Virus record (IMG/VR): IMGVR_UViG_3300025102_000018
Span: 9,885 to 73,884 of that record
Reading direction: 5' to 3' (one strand)
Origin: a virus
DNA length: 64,000 nucleotides
This document shows, one piece after another, positions 38,872 to 48,501 of the stretch (position 1 is its first letter; each line of letters begins with the position of its first letter). The position numbers and the translations under genes are program-made. The notes under the pieces were generated by a model that ran no database searches, had not been told where the DNA came from, and was given only the letters and a program-made list of their open reading frames with translations.

Positions 38872-39210
38872 ATGGCAAAAGATAATTCAGCAACAAAATT
38901 AGCAGCAAACCAACTACTGTTGGAAAAATACGAACCAATTTTGGTTATTAAAATAATGAGAATTCCTCCTGTAGAGGAATTACAAGCTTTTACAAAAAAA
39001 ATTCAGACGGATTTTGGGTATAATACGTTAGTATTACCAGGAGAGTTAGATACCTCTGTAGAAATTTTAAGTGTTTGTGATGTTGAAGTCACAGATTTAG
39101 AAAAACTACAAAAAATGGTTTATGATAATATTAAATTATTAGAAGAGGATGGGGCAGAAGAAGTGACGTTTAAAACAGCAAAAGAAATAAGGGATGAAAA
39201 AAAGGACTAA
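38872..39210 (+). CDS. Hypothetical protein
   Basis: 112-aa ORF. Confidence 0.6.
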   Translation: MAKDNSATKLAANQLLLEKYEPILVIKIMRIPPVEELQAFTKKIQTDFGYNTLVLPGELDTSVEILSVCDVEVTDLEKLQKMVYDNIKLLEEDGAEEVTFKTAKEIRDEKKD

Positions 39211-39943
39211 AGGTGTTATTTTAGCTGGGGGTACGGGTAGTAGATTATATCCTTTAACAAAGGTTACTAATAAACACCTATTACCAGTCTACGATAAACC
39301 TATGATATATTACCCCTTGGAAACCCTTAAAAAAATGGGTTGTAAAGATATATTAATTGTGTCTGGAAGAGAACATTGTGGTGATATATTAAATTTATTA
39401 GGTAGTGGTAGAGAAATGGGTCTTAAATTATCCTATGAAATACAAGACGAGGCGGGTGGAATTGCACATGCTTTAAGTCTCGCTGAAAGATTCGTAGGGG
39501 CATCTAATGTAGTGGTGTGTTTAGGTGATAATATCTTTAATGAAAACTTAACAATAGATGGTTTCGAAGGGGGTGCAAAGATATTTTTAAAATCTGTACA
39601 TGACCCAGAAAGATTTGGTGTCGCTGAACTTAAAAAAGGGGAAGAGTGTAAAGTGTTATCTATAGAAGAAAAACCAAAAAAACCTAAATCTAATTTTGCG
39701 GTAACTGGTCTTTATATGTATGATAACAGAGTTTTTAGTTATATTAAAAATCTTGCCCCTTCTGAACGAGGAGAATTAGAAATTACTGATGTTAATAATT
39801 TTTATGTTAGAGATGGGTTAATGACTTGTCAGGTGTTACAATCTTGGTGGTCTGATGCAGGAACCTTTGAAAGTTTATTAAAAGCTTCATCATTAGTAGC
39901 TAATAAAAAATTATGTGAGTGTTCCCCACACGAATTAGAATAA
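39194..39943 (+). CDS. rmlA: Glucose-1-phosphate thymidylyltransferase (sugar nucleotidyltransferase)
   Basis: GVILAGGTGSRLYPLT..NKHLLPVYDKPMIYYP, LGDNIF, EEKP, RGELEITD and WSDAGT. Confidence 0.9.
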   Translation: MKKRTKGVILAGGTGSRLYPLTKVTNKHLLPVYDKPMIYYPLETLKKMGCKDILIVSGREHCGDILNLLGSGREMGLKLSYEIQDEAGGIAHALSLAERFVGASNVVVCLGDNIFNENLTIDGFEGGAKIFLKSVHDPERFGVAELKKGEECKVLSIEEKPKKPKSNFAVTGLYMYDNRVFSYIKNLAPSERGELEITDVNNFYVRDGLMTCQVLQSWWSDAGTFESLLKASSLVANKKLCECSPHELE

Positions 39944-39964
39944 AAATTATTAATTTGTTAAAAA

Positions 39965-40393
39965 ATGAGAAGAAAAATTTTAAGAAAGTATAAAGATTTA
40001 CATAGTGATAACCCACAAAATATAGGACCAGCACTTACACCCAAAACAAAAAGGAATAAAAATGATTGGGATTCTGATTACTGGTTAAGAGAACAATATA
40101 ATAGAAATAGAGGGTACAAAGACCAAATTCCAACCCAAGAGGATATTATAGAATATAACAGAAAAAAAAATAGAGAAAACGAAATGGTAGAACACCCTAA
40201 TCATTATGGGGGTGAAGAAAATCCATATGAAGCTATTAAGGTAATTGAAGAGTGGAATCTTGGATTTAATTTAGGTAATACTATAAAATACATTTCAAGA
40301 GCAGGTAAAAAAAATAATACCATTGAAGATTTAGAAAAAGCAGAATGGTATATAAAAAGAGAAATAAATAATTTAAAAAAGGTAAAACAATGA
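39965..40393 (+). CDS. DUF3310 (SaV-like) domain protein
   Basis: VEHPNHY...EAIKVI...FNLGNTIKYISRAGKK...EDLEKAEWY. Confidence 0.85.
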   Translation: MRRKILRKYKDLHSDNPQNIGPALTPKTKRNKNDWDSDYWLREQYNRNRGYKDQIPTQEDIIEYNRKKNRENEMVEHPNHYGGEENPYEAIKVIEEWNLGFNLGNTIKYISRAGKKNNTIEDLEKAEWYIKREINNLKKVKQ

Positions 40394-40920
40394 GAACATT
40401 ATTATTAGCAGTATTAGTCGCGCTTGGACTAAACACAATACAAGCACAACAACCGCAACAACCTTATTTTTGCTGCGATTCAATAACATATTGGATAGAC
40501 CAAAGTCAAGGATTTAATATAGGACTTGATACATCAAATATAGTACATAATCCTGACTCTATGACAGTATATTGGGGAGTATGTACTGGATTTGCAACAG
40601 CTGGCATGTGTTATGCAGGACAAGGTATGTATGAGTATTTTCCACAAATTACAACTTCAGATACAATTAAAGTAGCGTATGATGTATACATTTACGAGAA
40701 CGGTTCAGTAGAAGTATGTAGTGTAGAAGATTGGTTAGTATTTGACCAAAACTCTTTTTCATGGGTATTACTCAATATGTTACCAACAAACATAGAAGAA
40801 CTTGCAATTGAAAAAATTAATGAAAATAAAATATATGATTTAATGGGTAAAGAATTAAGAGAAGTACCAGTAGGGGTTATGTATATTAGAAATAATAAAC
40901 TTTATATAAAAACAAATTAA
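40390..40920 (+). CDS. Exported protein with a T9SS-like C-terminal tail
   Basis: Signal peptide and C-terminal TNIEE...KIYDLMGKEL....GVMYIRNNKLYIK. Confidence 0.7.
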   Translation: MRTLLLAVLVALGLNTIQAQQPQQPYFCCDSITYWIDQSQGFNIGLDTSNIVHNPDSMTVYWGVCTGFATAGMCYAGQGMYEYFPQITTSDTIKVAYDVYIYENGSVEVCSVEDWLVFDQNSFSWVLLNMLPTNIEELAIEKINENKIYDLMGKELREVPVGVMYIRNNKLYIKTN

Positions 40921-40921
40921 C

Positions 40922-41350
40922 ATGAAAGGTAAAATTAATACAGATAAAGGGACTATGGTGGTAGAGTTTTATGAAAAAGACGCACCTAATACAGTAGATA
41001 ATTTTGTTAAATTAGCAAAAGATGGTTTTTATAATGGATTAAAATTCCATAGAGTAATTCCAGGATTTGTCGCTCAAGGAGGATGTCCTAATGGTAGGGG
41101 TGATGGTGGACCTGGGTATAAAATAGATTGTGAGTTAAATGGTGGTAATCAGTATCACGACAAAGGTGTTTTATCCATGGCACACGCTGGTAGAAATACT
41201 GGAGGGTCACAATTTTTTATTTGTCACAATAGACCTGGAACACAACATCTAGACAACCAACATACATGTTTTGGAAAAATTGTAGATGGGATAAATATTA
41301 TAGAACAAATCGTACAAGGAGATACATTTTCTGTGGAAATCGAAGATTAA
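40922..41350 (+). CDS. Cyclophilin-type peptidyl-prolyl isomerase
   Basis: APNTVDNF, FYNGLKFHRVIPGFVAQGG, LSMAHAGRNTGGSQFFI and HLD..HT.FG. Confidence 0.95.
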   Translation: MKGKINTDKGTMVVEFYEKDAPNTVDNFVKLAKDGFYNGLKFHRVIPGFVAQGGCPNGRGDGGPGYKIDCELNGGNQYHDKGVLSMAHAGRNTGGSQFFICHNRPGTQHLDNQHTCFGKIVDGINIIEQIVQGDTFSVEIED

Positions 41351-42261
41351 TGAAAACAAGATTATCTGATTACGTTGGTAATACACCTCTTATACCTATT
41401 AAAATAGGTGAATTAACTGTTTGGGGAAAATGTGAATTTATGAATCCAGGTGGTTCAGTAAAGGATAGAATGGCTACCTTTATTTTAAACGATGCAGAAA
41501 AAAGAGGTATACTTAAAAAAGGTGATACTATTTGTGAAGCGACATCAGGTAATTCAGGAATCGCGTTTGCGATGTTAGCGGCAGAAAGAGGTTATAAAAT
41601 AGAAATTTTTATGCCCAGAAACATGTCAGAAGAACGTAAACAAATGCTTCAATTCTATGGGGCAAATTTAAGAGAAGTGGATGAAGGGGACTTTGATGGA
41701 GCTATCCTAAGAAGAGATGTCCTATGTCATACCCATGGATGGTTTAACTGTAACCAATTTAATAATCCTTTGAACATCCAAGCACATTATGAAAATACAG
41801 CTCCTGAAATTTATGAAGAATGGTCATTACCTAAAACTAGAGGTAGTTACCGACGAATAGATAGTCCTGCGGTTTTTATAGCTGGTACAGGGACGGGAGG
41901 AACTTTAATGGGTTGTGGAAAACGATTAAAAGAATATTGGAATAAACTAAAAGTAGTAGCTATTGAACCTGCAGAATCCGCTGTTATGTCAGGGGGTGAT
42001 GAAGGTCTACATGGCATCCAAGGAATAGGAGACGGAAGCAAATTTTTAGTAGATTTGGATTTTGTAGATGAAATTAAAACAGTTAAGACAGACTGTGCTA
42101 AAGAAATGGCAAAACATTTAGCTCTTAAATACGGTCTATTTGTTGGTATTAGTGCAGGGGCAAACGTCAAAGCAGCATTCCAATGGTTAAGAGATAACAA
42201 TGAAAAAGAGGCAATAACAATTCTCTGTGATAGAGGAGAAAGATATTTTAGTTGTTTATGA
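41350..42261 (+). CDS. cysK: Cysteine synthase (PLP-dependent, CysK/CysM family)
   Basis: VGNTPL, NPGGSVKDR (PLP lysine), EATSGNSG, GTGTGGT, HGIQGIG and GISAGAN. Confidence 0.9.
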   Translation: MKTRLSDYVGNTPLIPIKIGELTVWGKCEFMNPGGSVKDRMATFILNDAEKRGILKKGDTICEATSGNSGIAFAMLAAERGYKIEIFMPRNMSEERKQMLQFYGANLREVDEGDFDGAILRRDVLCHTHGWFNCNQFNNPLNIQAHYENTAPEIYEEWSLPKTRGSYRRIDSPAVFIAGTGTGGTLMGCGKRLKEYWNKLKVVAIEPAESAVMSGGDEGLHGIQGIGDGSKFLVDLDFVDEIKTVKTDCAKEMAKHLALKYGLFVGISAGANVKAAFQWLRDNNEKEAITILCDRGERYFSCL

Positions 42262-42956
42262 ATTATTTATTTGACGTAGACGGAACCCTAACCCCGAGTA
42301 GGTTACCAATCGATAAAGATTTTGAAAAATTCTTCCTTGAATGGATGGATGGAAAAAACGTCTATTTGGTTACAGGCTCCGATAAAGATAAGACAATTGA
42401 ACAGGTTGGAGAAAAAATTTGGAATAAATGTACACGTGTATACCAATCATGTGGTAATGCAGTTTATGAGAATGGAGAGTTGATAAGACAATTAGATTTT
42501 CCTTTATCCGTTGATTTGGAAAAATTATTAAATGAATTTTTAATGTGGTCTCAGTGGATGGAAAGATTTACGACCCATATTGAAAAACGTATAGGACTTA
42601 TAAATTTTAGTGTTGTAGGTAGAGATTGCCCACAAGAAGTGAGAGATAGATACCATAAATGGGATTTAAAAGTAAAAGAAAGAGAAACATTCTGTCAAAT
42701 CATTGAAGAAAAATTTCCTCATATAGAAGCCAGTGTGGGGGGTCAGATATCGATAGATATTCATTCTAAAGGAAAGAATAAAGCTCAAGTACTAGATGAA
42801 ATTGATGGTGAAATAGTTTTTTTTGGGGATAAATGTGAACCAGGAGGTAACGACTACCCCATTGTTGAAAGATTATTTCCTTTAATTGATGAACATACTA
42901 TTCATAATGTTAAGGATTGGGGAGAGACTTATAAAATATTAAACCAATACGGTTAA
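42258..42956 (+). CDS. Eukaryotic-type (HAD IIB) phosphomannomutase
   Basis: LFDVDGTLT, VTGSD, IEKR.GLINFS.VGR, GGQISIDI and FFGDK..PGGNDY. Confidence 0.88.
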   Translation: MNYLFDVDGTLTPSRLPIDKDFEKFFLEWMDGKNVYLVTGSDKDKTIEQVGEKIWNKCTRVYQSCGNAVYENGELIRQLDFPLSVDLEKLLNEFLMWSQWMERFTTHIEKRIGLINFSVVGRDCPQEVRDRYHKWDLKVKERETFCQIIEEKFPHIEASVGGQISIDIHSKGKNKAQVLDEIDGEIVFFGDKCEPGGNDYPIVERLFPLIDEHTIHNVKDWGETYKILNQYG

Positions 42957-42960
42957 TGTT

Positions 42961-43110
42961 ATGACACTTAAAGAATTTAAAAAGCATCACGAAACATACA
43001 CTAAAAAGTTTATGTTATATGGTAGAACTTTCGATTTAGATTTTAAAATGTATATGATTATACAAGGATTATCTGAAGAAGAATTTGATAAATTAATACT
43101 AGACATCTAA
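42961..43110 (+). CDS. Small hypothetical protein
   Basis: 49-aa ORF from hand translation. It fills the gap and its stop overlaps the next ATG. Confidence 0.45.
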   Translation: MTLKEFKKHHETYTKKFMLYGRTFDLDFKMYMIIQGLSEEEFDKLILDI

Positions 43111-43454
43111 TGAATTACATAGAAGAAAGACCGTGGGGTAAATTTGAAATACTAGTCGATGGTGATTATTGTAAAGTAAAAAGAATAACCGTAAAGCCGG
43201 GTGGTCGGTTAAGTTACCAATACCACCATCAAAGAAGTGAAGTGTGGACAATTGTCCAAGGTGAAGCTTATATGTTGTTAGATGATGAGTTACAATTGTT
43301 CAATTATGGGGAAACAATACTAATACCCCAAGGAACTAAACATAGAGTAGAGAATAAAGGACAAGAAGATTTAATCTTCATAGAAGTCCAACACGGGTCA
43401 TACTTTGGTGAAGACGATATAGTTAGAATTGAAGATGACTATAATAGAAATTAA
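43110..43454 (+). CDS. Mannose-6-phosphate isomerase type II C-terminal cupin
   Basis: ERPWG, VKRITVKPG.RLSYQYH.QRSEVW and IEVQHGSYFGEDDIVRIEDDY. Confidence 0.9.
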   Translation: MNYIEERPWGKFEILVDGDYCKVKRITVKPGGRLSYQYHHQRSEVWTIVQGEAYMLLDDELQLFNYGETILIPQGTKHRVENKGQEDLIFIEVQHGSYFGEDDIVRIEDDYNRN

Positions 43455-43456
43455 TT

Positions 43457-43789
43457 ATGAAGATAAAGTTAGATAAAAAAAATAGTAATTTAATTAAAGA
43501 AAATACCACCTATACAGTTATAGATAATACAGATTTAGAAAACTTAGTAGTGTCTAAAACTATTTTACACCCCAAAAAAGAAACTACCGGTCACGCACAC
43601 GAAGGACAAGAAGAAGTTTATCACTTTATAAGTGGGAAGGGTACCATGCAAATAGGTGTTATGGAACACGAAGTTAAAAAAGGTGATATATTTTCTATTC
43701 CTGATGGTGCTTTTCATAAAGTTTGGAATCATAGTAATAAAAAAGATTTAATATTTATATGTGTTTTTGACGGTAGAAGAAGTCATTAA
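43457..43789 (+). CDS. Cupin domain protein
   Basis: GHAH..QEEVYHF..G.G and IPDGAFHKV.N. Confidence 0.85.
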   Translation: MKIKLDKKNSNLIKENTTYTVIDNTDLENLVVSKTILHPKKETTGHAHEGQEEVYHFISGKGTMQIGVMEHEVKKGDIFSIPDGAFHKVWNHSNKKDLIFICVFDGRRSH

Positions 43790-43811
43790 GTATTTATAAA
43801 TAAAATATCTT

Positions 43812-44399
43812 ATGCGTATAATCATTAAAGAGTCCCAATTTAAAAGATTATTAGAACAAAAATCTTTTAAATCCAAATTTGTAGATTGGAGAACTAGAAG
43901 TGCAGGACAACCTATTTTTGATTATGTTAGACAATGGGAAGATTTTGTACCCTTTACGTATGATGACTATTATTTCCCCCCAAGAGTGTTTACAGGTTCT
44001 ACAAGTAACGCAAACGGAACCCTAACTATAGGTTATGGTACTACAGACCCTAAGTACGCTTATCCAGGTAATACCATCACTAAAAAAGTAGCAGAACAAA
44101 TTTCCCAACCAGATATTCAAGAAGCTGCAGATTGTATAAAAAGATGGCAAGGCAGAGCTAAACCAGGTGACAAATTTAGTTTTAATAATAGAAAAATAAC
44201 ATCAGGTATGTATTATGTGATGAGTGATATAGTTTACAACATGGGATGCCAAGCTTTTATAAAAACTAAAACTATAGAAAAAATAGAACAAGGGGAGTAT
44301 AAAAAAGCTAAAGACTTTATACAAAATAAATTAGAATGGGGTCACCAAAAAAGAAAAGACCAAGCAGCAATAACTTTTTGTAAAGATGGGGTATGTTAA
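43812..44399 (+). CDS. Phage lysozyme (GH24-like) with an LLEQ leader peptide
   Basis: WE.F....YDD...GTLTIGYG and DIVYNMG. Leader MRIIIKESQFKRLLEQ. GTATTTAT at 43790..43797. Confidence 0.7.
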   Translation: MRIIIKESQFKRLLEQKSFKSKFVDWRTRSAGQPIFDYVRQWEDFVPFTYDDYYFPPRVFTGSTSNANGTLTIGYGTTDPKYAYPGNTITKKVAEQISQPDIQEAADCIKRWQGRAKPGDKFSFNNRKITSGMYYVMSDIVYNMGCQAFIKTKTIEKIEQGEYKKAKDFIQNKLEWGHQKRKDQAAITFCKDGVC

Positions 44400-44411
44400 T
44401 ATTTATATAAT

Positions 44412-45914
44412 ATGAAATCAGTATTAATCACAAAAAAACAATTTAATAACATTTCTGAGTCTTTAATTACAGAAAGTGGTATTCAGGACATTAAAAAACT
44501 AGCGGAAAGATATCCTAAAGCTCAGATATATTTTCATTTAGATTTAGACGGGGTGGTATCAGCGATAGCGATGAGAGAATACCTTAATAAGTACGGGATA
44601 GAAACTATAGGGTTTAAAACCATCCAATACGGAGATAAAGAATTTGCATTAGTTAAACCAGATGCTAATAAAGATGTTATGCCGGTTTTAGTAGATTTCG
44701 CTCATGGTAAACCTGAATTTAAAATACACACGGACCATCACGATACCCAAACAGGTGTAGAAGACGCTGCTACACAATTTAAACCAGCTCGTTCTAATGT
44801 TGAAACAATTTCAGGGATAATTTCACCTACAGATATATTCCCTACTGGTGATATAGACCTTTTTAGAACAGTAGATTCTGCAGATTTTTACCGAAAGGGT
44901 ATTAAACCAGAAGAAGTGATTAACTTTGTATTTAAGTTAGATAAAGAAAAAGATATTGAAAAAAATAGACAAGCTGCTGGATTTGCACTTAATAAATTGA
45001 TTTTAGCTTATAAAAATAAGCCTGGTTTCCTAGAAAAATTAGCAATGTTCTCCAATCCGAGCATTGTTAGTATGTTTATGAAAGGGAAAGAATTAGCCAA
45101 TCAGATGGGTTTTCCAGGGGTAGAAACTCTCCAAACTAATTCAGAAGATTATAGAGAAAGACTAAAAAACTTTGATAAAGTACAACAAAAAGGTAAGATA
45201 CTTGTACAATATGGTATACCTTCAGCTTTTAAACCTGGTTCTTACGATAGATATTCTTCATTAGAAATGTATCCTGATGTGGAGTATTTTCTAATGATTT
45301 GGCCTATGGGATTAATTCAAACCAGTTGTAATCCATTTAAATCAAAATTTGATGAAAATGTTAATTTAGGTGACATGGCAAGTGAGGTACTAGATGAGTT
45401 TAAATCTGAATTAGAATCTATAGATATACCCTTATCACAGATTAAAAGAATTAGTGAAAGAAGTGTAACATCTACTCTACAAAAATTGATTAAACAAAGT
45501 GATGAAGATTTTGGAGACGTAAAATCAGAAAAAGATTTTTTTGGGTTTAGATTTAAGGATTTAATCGCATTATATAAAGATAATATTAAAGGGATAAATC
45601 CTGATAAAAAATCTAGTTTTAATGATTTAATTACTGATATTGCCAATCGACCATATTCTGATTTATCATATAAACAAAAAAAAGTATTAGACTATGTTTC
45701 TGTAAACGCTTATGATATTATTAAAGCAAACAGTGGTGGTCACCCTTGTATAACAAACATTTCAGGAATTAATTATCTTGGAAAACTAGGTGGTGATTTT
45801 CTTAAAAGAATAGCCAAAAGAATTTTAGAAAAGTTAAGTGAGAAAGTTAATAAAGAGGAATCTACATCACTTAAAGAATCTATAAAAAATAAATTAAAAG
45901 AATTCAGAAGATAA
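44412..45914 (+). CDS. DHH-family phosphoesterase with an ITES leader
   Basis: FHLDLDGVVSA, LVDFAH, TDHH, VDSAD and a late SGGH motif. ATATTTAT at 44399..44406. Confidence 0.75.
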   Translation: MKSVLITKKQFNNISESLITESGIQDIKKLAERYPKAQIYFHLDLDGVVSAIAMREYLNKYGIETIGFKTIQYGDKEFALVKPDANKDVMPVLVDFAHGKPEFKIHTDHHDTQTGVEDAATQFKPARSNVETISGIISPTDIFPTGDIDLFRTVDSADFYRKGIKPEEVINFVFKLDKEKDIEKNRQAAGFALNKLILAYKNKPGFLEKLAMFSNPSIVSMFMKGKELANQMGFPGVETLQTNSEDYRERLKNFDKVQQKGKILVQYGIPSAFKPGSYDRYSSLEMYPDVEYFLMIWPMGLIQTSCNPFKSKFDENVNLGDMASEVLDEFKSELESIDIPLSQIKRISERSVTSTLQKLIKQSDEDFGDVKSEKDFFGFRFKDLIALYKDNIKGINPDKKSSFNDLITDIANRPYSDLSYKQKKVLDYVSVNAYDIIKANSGGHPCITNISGINYLGKLGGDFLKRIAKRILEKLSEKVNKEESTSLKESIKNKLKEFRR

Positions 45915-46144
45915 TGTTTAATATTTTTAACAAATTAAAAGAATTTGTAGTACAACTCACTAATTTGGTATTTGTAATATTTTGTTTAGGTGTGATTTTA
46001 CAGTTAATTATGGGAGAACCTATATTAGGTTGGGATGTGGTTGGAAATATAAGTAAAACATTAAATAGTTTGGGACAAAGTACATTTTTAGGGGTACTAT
46101 CAATATTAGTTCTCTATCACTATTTTAGTAATCACTCAAAGTAA
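45914..46144 (+). CDS. Small two-TM membrane protein
   Basis: Two hydrophobic helices flanking WDVVGNI. Confidence 0.6.
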   Translation: MFNIFNKLKEFVVQLTNLVFVIFCLGVILQLIMGEPILGWDVVGNISKTLNSLGQSTFLGVLSILVLYHYFSNHSK

Positions 46145-46473
46145 ACAGAATCTCCACGACTTATCTTGTTTAAGGAACAATATCCTCCGGGCAACTCCAG
46201 AACCTTATCACCAATTCCTATATAACTTTTACAATAATTTTCTTTACAGGGTGGACAATTATGTGAGATATTAGTAATCTTATTTCCAGCTATGAAAACT
46301 ATATCTAAAGGAATTAAACAATTTTTCATCCAGAACGACCTTTCACCTATAGAATCAAAAGGAAATAACATCCCACCGTTTAATTCTTTACGACCCATCA
46401 TCCCTATAGATTTACTATTAGGGCTACTCTTAATTTCTAAGGGGATAAGTTGATTATTGATAAACGCTTTCAT
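46132..46473 (-). CDS. DUF192 family protein
   Basis: GMMGR..L.GGMLF.F...SFWMKNCLIPLDIVFI and VLELPGG. ATATTTAT at 46481..46488 on the minus strand. Confidence 0.9.
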   Translation of the reverse strand: MKAFINNQLIPLEIKSSPNSKSIGMMGRKELNGGMLFPFDSIGERSFWMKNCLIPLDIVFIAGNKITNISHNCPPCKENYCKSYIGIGDKVLELPGGYCSLNKISRGDSVYFE

Positions 46474-46633
46474 ATATTTTATAAATATTAGACTATGGAC
46501 AACAAAGATTTAGATAAAGAAATAGAGAAATTAAAAAAAGTTATAATGGACCTTCCCGCGAAGGACATTATACCTACATCACAAATAAAAGAGTTTCAAG
46601 AAAAATTAAATAAACTAGCTAAAAAATTAAAAG

Positions 46634-47677
46634 ATGAAAATAAAACTTGAGTACATTTGGTTAGATGGGTATAAACCCGAACCACACCTACGTAGTAAAA
46701 CTAAAGTTATTAACTTAGAAATGCAAGACCCGAAGGAAAGAATACTTCCTCAGATAAGACCTGAAGATTGTCCCATTTGGTCATTTGATGGTAGTTCTAC
46801 AAAACAAGCGGAAGGAAATAATTCAGATTGTTTATTAAAACCAGTTAAAACATTAATTGACCCACAAAGACCTAATTCTTATTTGGTGTTATGTGAAGTT
46901 TTAAATTCAGATGAAAGACCCCATTCTACTAATACTAGAAACAAATTAAAAGATGAAAATAAAGACGAGTGGTTTGGTTTCGAACAAGAGTATGTCATTA
47001 TGAAGAACGGTAAACCAATTGGATTCCCTAAAGCTGGTTATCCAGACCCACAAGGTAGGTATTACTGTGGTGTAGGTACCGGTACAGTGGATGGTAGAAA
47101 AATCGCTGAGGAACACCTTGATGTTTGTTTAATGGCGGGATTAGAAATTACAGGTATTAACGCTGAGGTTATGTTAGGACAATGGGAATACCAAGTATTT
47201 GGACAAGGAGCGAAACAAGCTTCTGATGATTTATGGTTATCTAGATTTTTATTAAATAGAATTGGTGAATTTCATGGATATGAAATAAACTACCACCCTA
47301 AACCAGTAGATGGTGATTGGAATGGTTCAGGAATGCATGTTAATTTTTCCACAAAAGACATGAGAGAAAATGGTGGTAAAGAACTAATAGAATCTATTTG
47401 TGATACATTTGGATTTTATCATGAAGAACATATTAATGTTTATGGTTCAGAAAACGAAAAAAGACTTACAGGTTTACATGAAACACAAAACATTCAAAAA
47501 TATAGTTACGGGGTATCAGATAGAGGAGCAAGTATTCGTATCCCTGTGTCTACGGTCAAAAACAATTGGAAGGGATATCTTGAAGACAGAAGACCGGCTT
47601 CAAATGCAGACCCTTATAAATTAACCCGTAGAATATTAAAAACATTAGAATATTCTACACAAAATGAAACAGTATAA
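46634..47677 (+). CDS. glnII: Glutamine synthetase type II
   Basis: LEYIWLDG, LRSKT, WSFDGSST.QA.G..SD, WFGFEQEY, GINAEVM.GQWEYQ, HPKP..GDWNGSGMH, RLTGLHET, RGASIRIP and GYLEDRRPASNADPY. Confidence 0.95.
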   Translation: MKIKLEYIWLDGYKPEPHLRSKTKVINLEMQDPKERILPQIRPEDCPIWSFDGSSTKQAEGNNSDCLLKPVKTLIDPQRPNSYLVLCEVLNSDERPHSTNTRNKLKDENKDEWFGFEQEYVIMKNGKPIGFPKAGYPDPQGRYYCGVGTGTVDGRKIAEEHLDVCLMAGLEITGINAEVMLGQWEYQVFGQGAKQASDDLWLSRFLLNRIGEFHGYEINYHPKPVDGDWNGSGMHVNFSTKDMRENGGKELIESICDTFGFYHEEHINVYGSENEKRLTGLHETQNIQKYSYGVSDRGASIRIPVSTVKNNWKGYLEDRRPASNADPYKLTRRILKTLEYSTQNETV

Positions 47678-47678
47678 T

Positions 47679-47897
47679 ATGGATATTAAATTAGAAGCAT
47701 TAAAAAAAAGATATGAGGCGGATATTCTAGAATCCAAAGCAACTCTAGAGGTTTACTTAAATAACGCAGCTGGTATCGGTGAACACCCTCAAATAATTGA
47801 GGAAATGGATAAATTATTTTGTAAACTTGCTGACGCTGAAGGTAAATTAGAATCTTTAAATGGATTTGAATTAAAAGAAAACCAGGACTATAAGTAA
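47679..47897 (+). CDS. Conserved phage hypothetical protein
   Basis: YL.NAAGIGEHPQIIEE motif. Confidence 0.65.
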   Translation: MDIKLEALKKRYEADILESKATLEVYLNNAAGIGEHPQIIEEMDKLFCKLADAEGKLESLNGFELKENQDYK

Positions 47898-47902
47898 TTT
47901 TT

Positions 47903-48271
47903 ATGAAAACAATAATTTGTGATATAGATGGTACTTTAGTTACTTACAAAAAAGATACTCTAGGGATAGTAAAAACCCCCCATGATGTGTTACCTGGTGT
48001 AATAGAACATATGAATAGATGGGAAAATGAGGGGTGTAAGATAATTCTTATGACTGGAAGAAGAGAAAATCTTAGAAAAATAACCGAAGAAGAAATCACT
48101 AAATTAGGAATCCCTTTCGACCAACTAATTATGGGATGTGCAGACTCAGGTAGGGTTTTAATAAATGATGAAGGAAGTAAAGTAAAAGCACATTCCGTTT
48201 CTTTACCTAGAGATAAAGGATTTAAAGATTATGATTGGAGAGAAGTTGGACTTACAAAATTAAAATTATGA
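47903..48271 (+). CDS. HAD-superfamily phosphatase
   Basis: ICDIDGTL, LMTGR and LIND motifs. Confidence 0.8.
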   Translation: MKTIICDIDGTLVTYKKDTLGIVKTPHDVLPGVIEHMNRWENEGCKIILMTGRRENLRKITEEEITKLGIPFDQLIMGCADSGRVLINDEGSKVKAHSVSLPRDKGFKDYDWREVGLTKLKL

Positions 48272-48477
48272 CAGAAAAAGAATTTGTATATTGGTTAAGA
48301 GGGATAGTGGACTCAACAGAGTTTATGCCTACTAAAAAAACTTGGGATACTATTCAGGATAAGTTAAAAGAAGTGGAATCTAGTGATGAAGGTTCGTATA
48401 GGCAACCACCTTATGTGGTAATAAACCCTTACAAACCATCTGACACACCAGGTACACCACCACAAATCTTGTGTTAA
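48268..48477 (+). CDS. Hypothetical protein
   Basis: MTEKEFVYWLRG N-terminal pattern typical of small phage proteins. Confidence 0.6.
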   Translation: MTEKEFVYWLRGIVDSTEFMPTKKTWDTIQDKLKEVESSDEGSYRQPPYVVINPYKPSDTPGTPPQILC

Positions 48478-48489
48478 ATAAAAAATTTG

Positions 48490-48497
48490 TATATTTG
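48490..48497 (+). promoter_or_regulatory. Bacteroidota-type -7 element TATATTTG driving the tRNA pair
   Basis: Lies 4 nt upstream of the tRNA-Arg 5' end. Confidence 0.6.
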
Positions 48498-48501
48498 TCC
48501 T

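Noticed and set aside
42258-47677. Eukaryotic or NCLDV origin suggested by eukaryote-type PMM and GS II
   Set aside because: The bacterial sigma factor, bS21, Bacteroidota promoters, rho-independent terminators and phage-type primase/SbcCD point to a bacteriophage.
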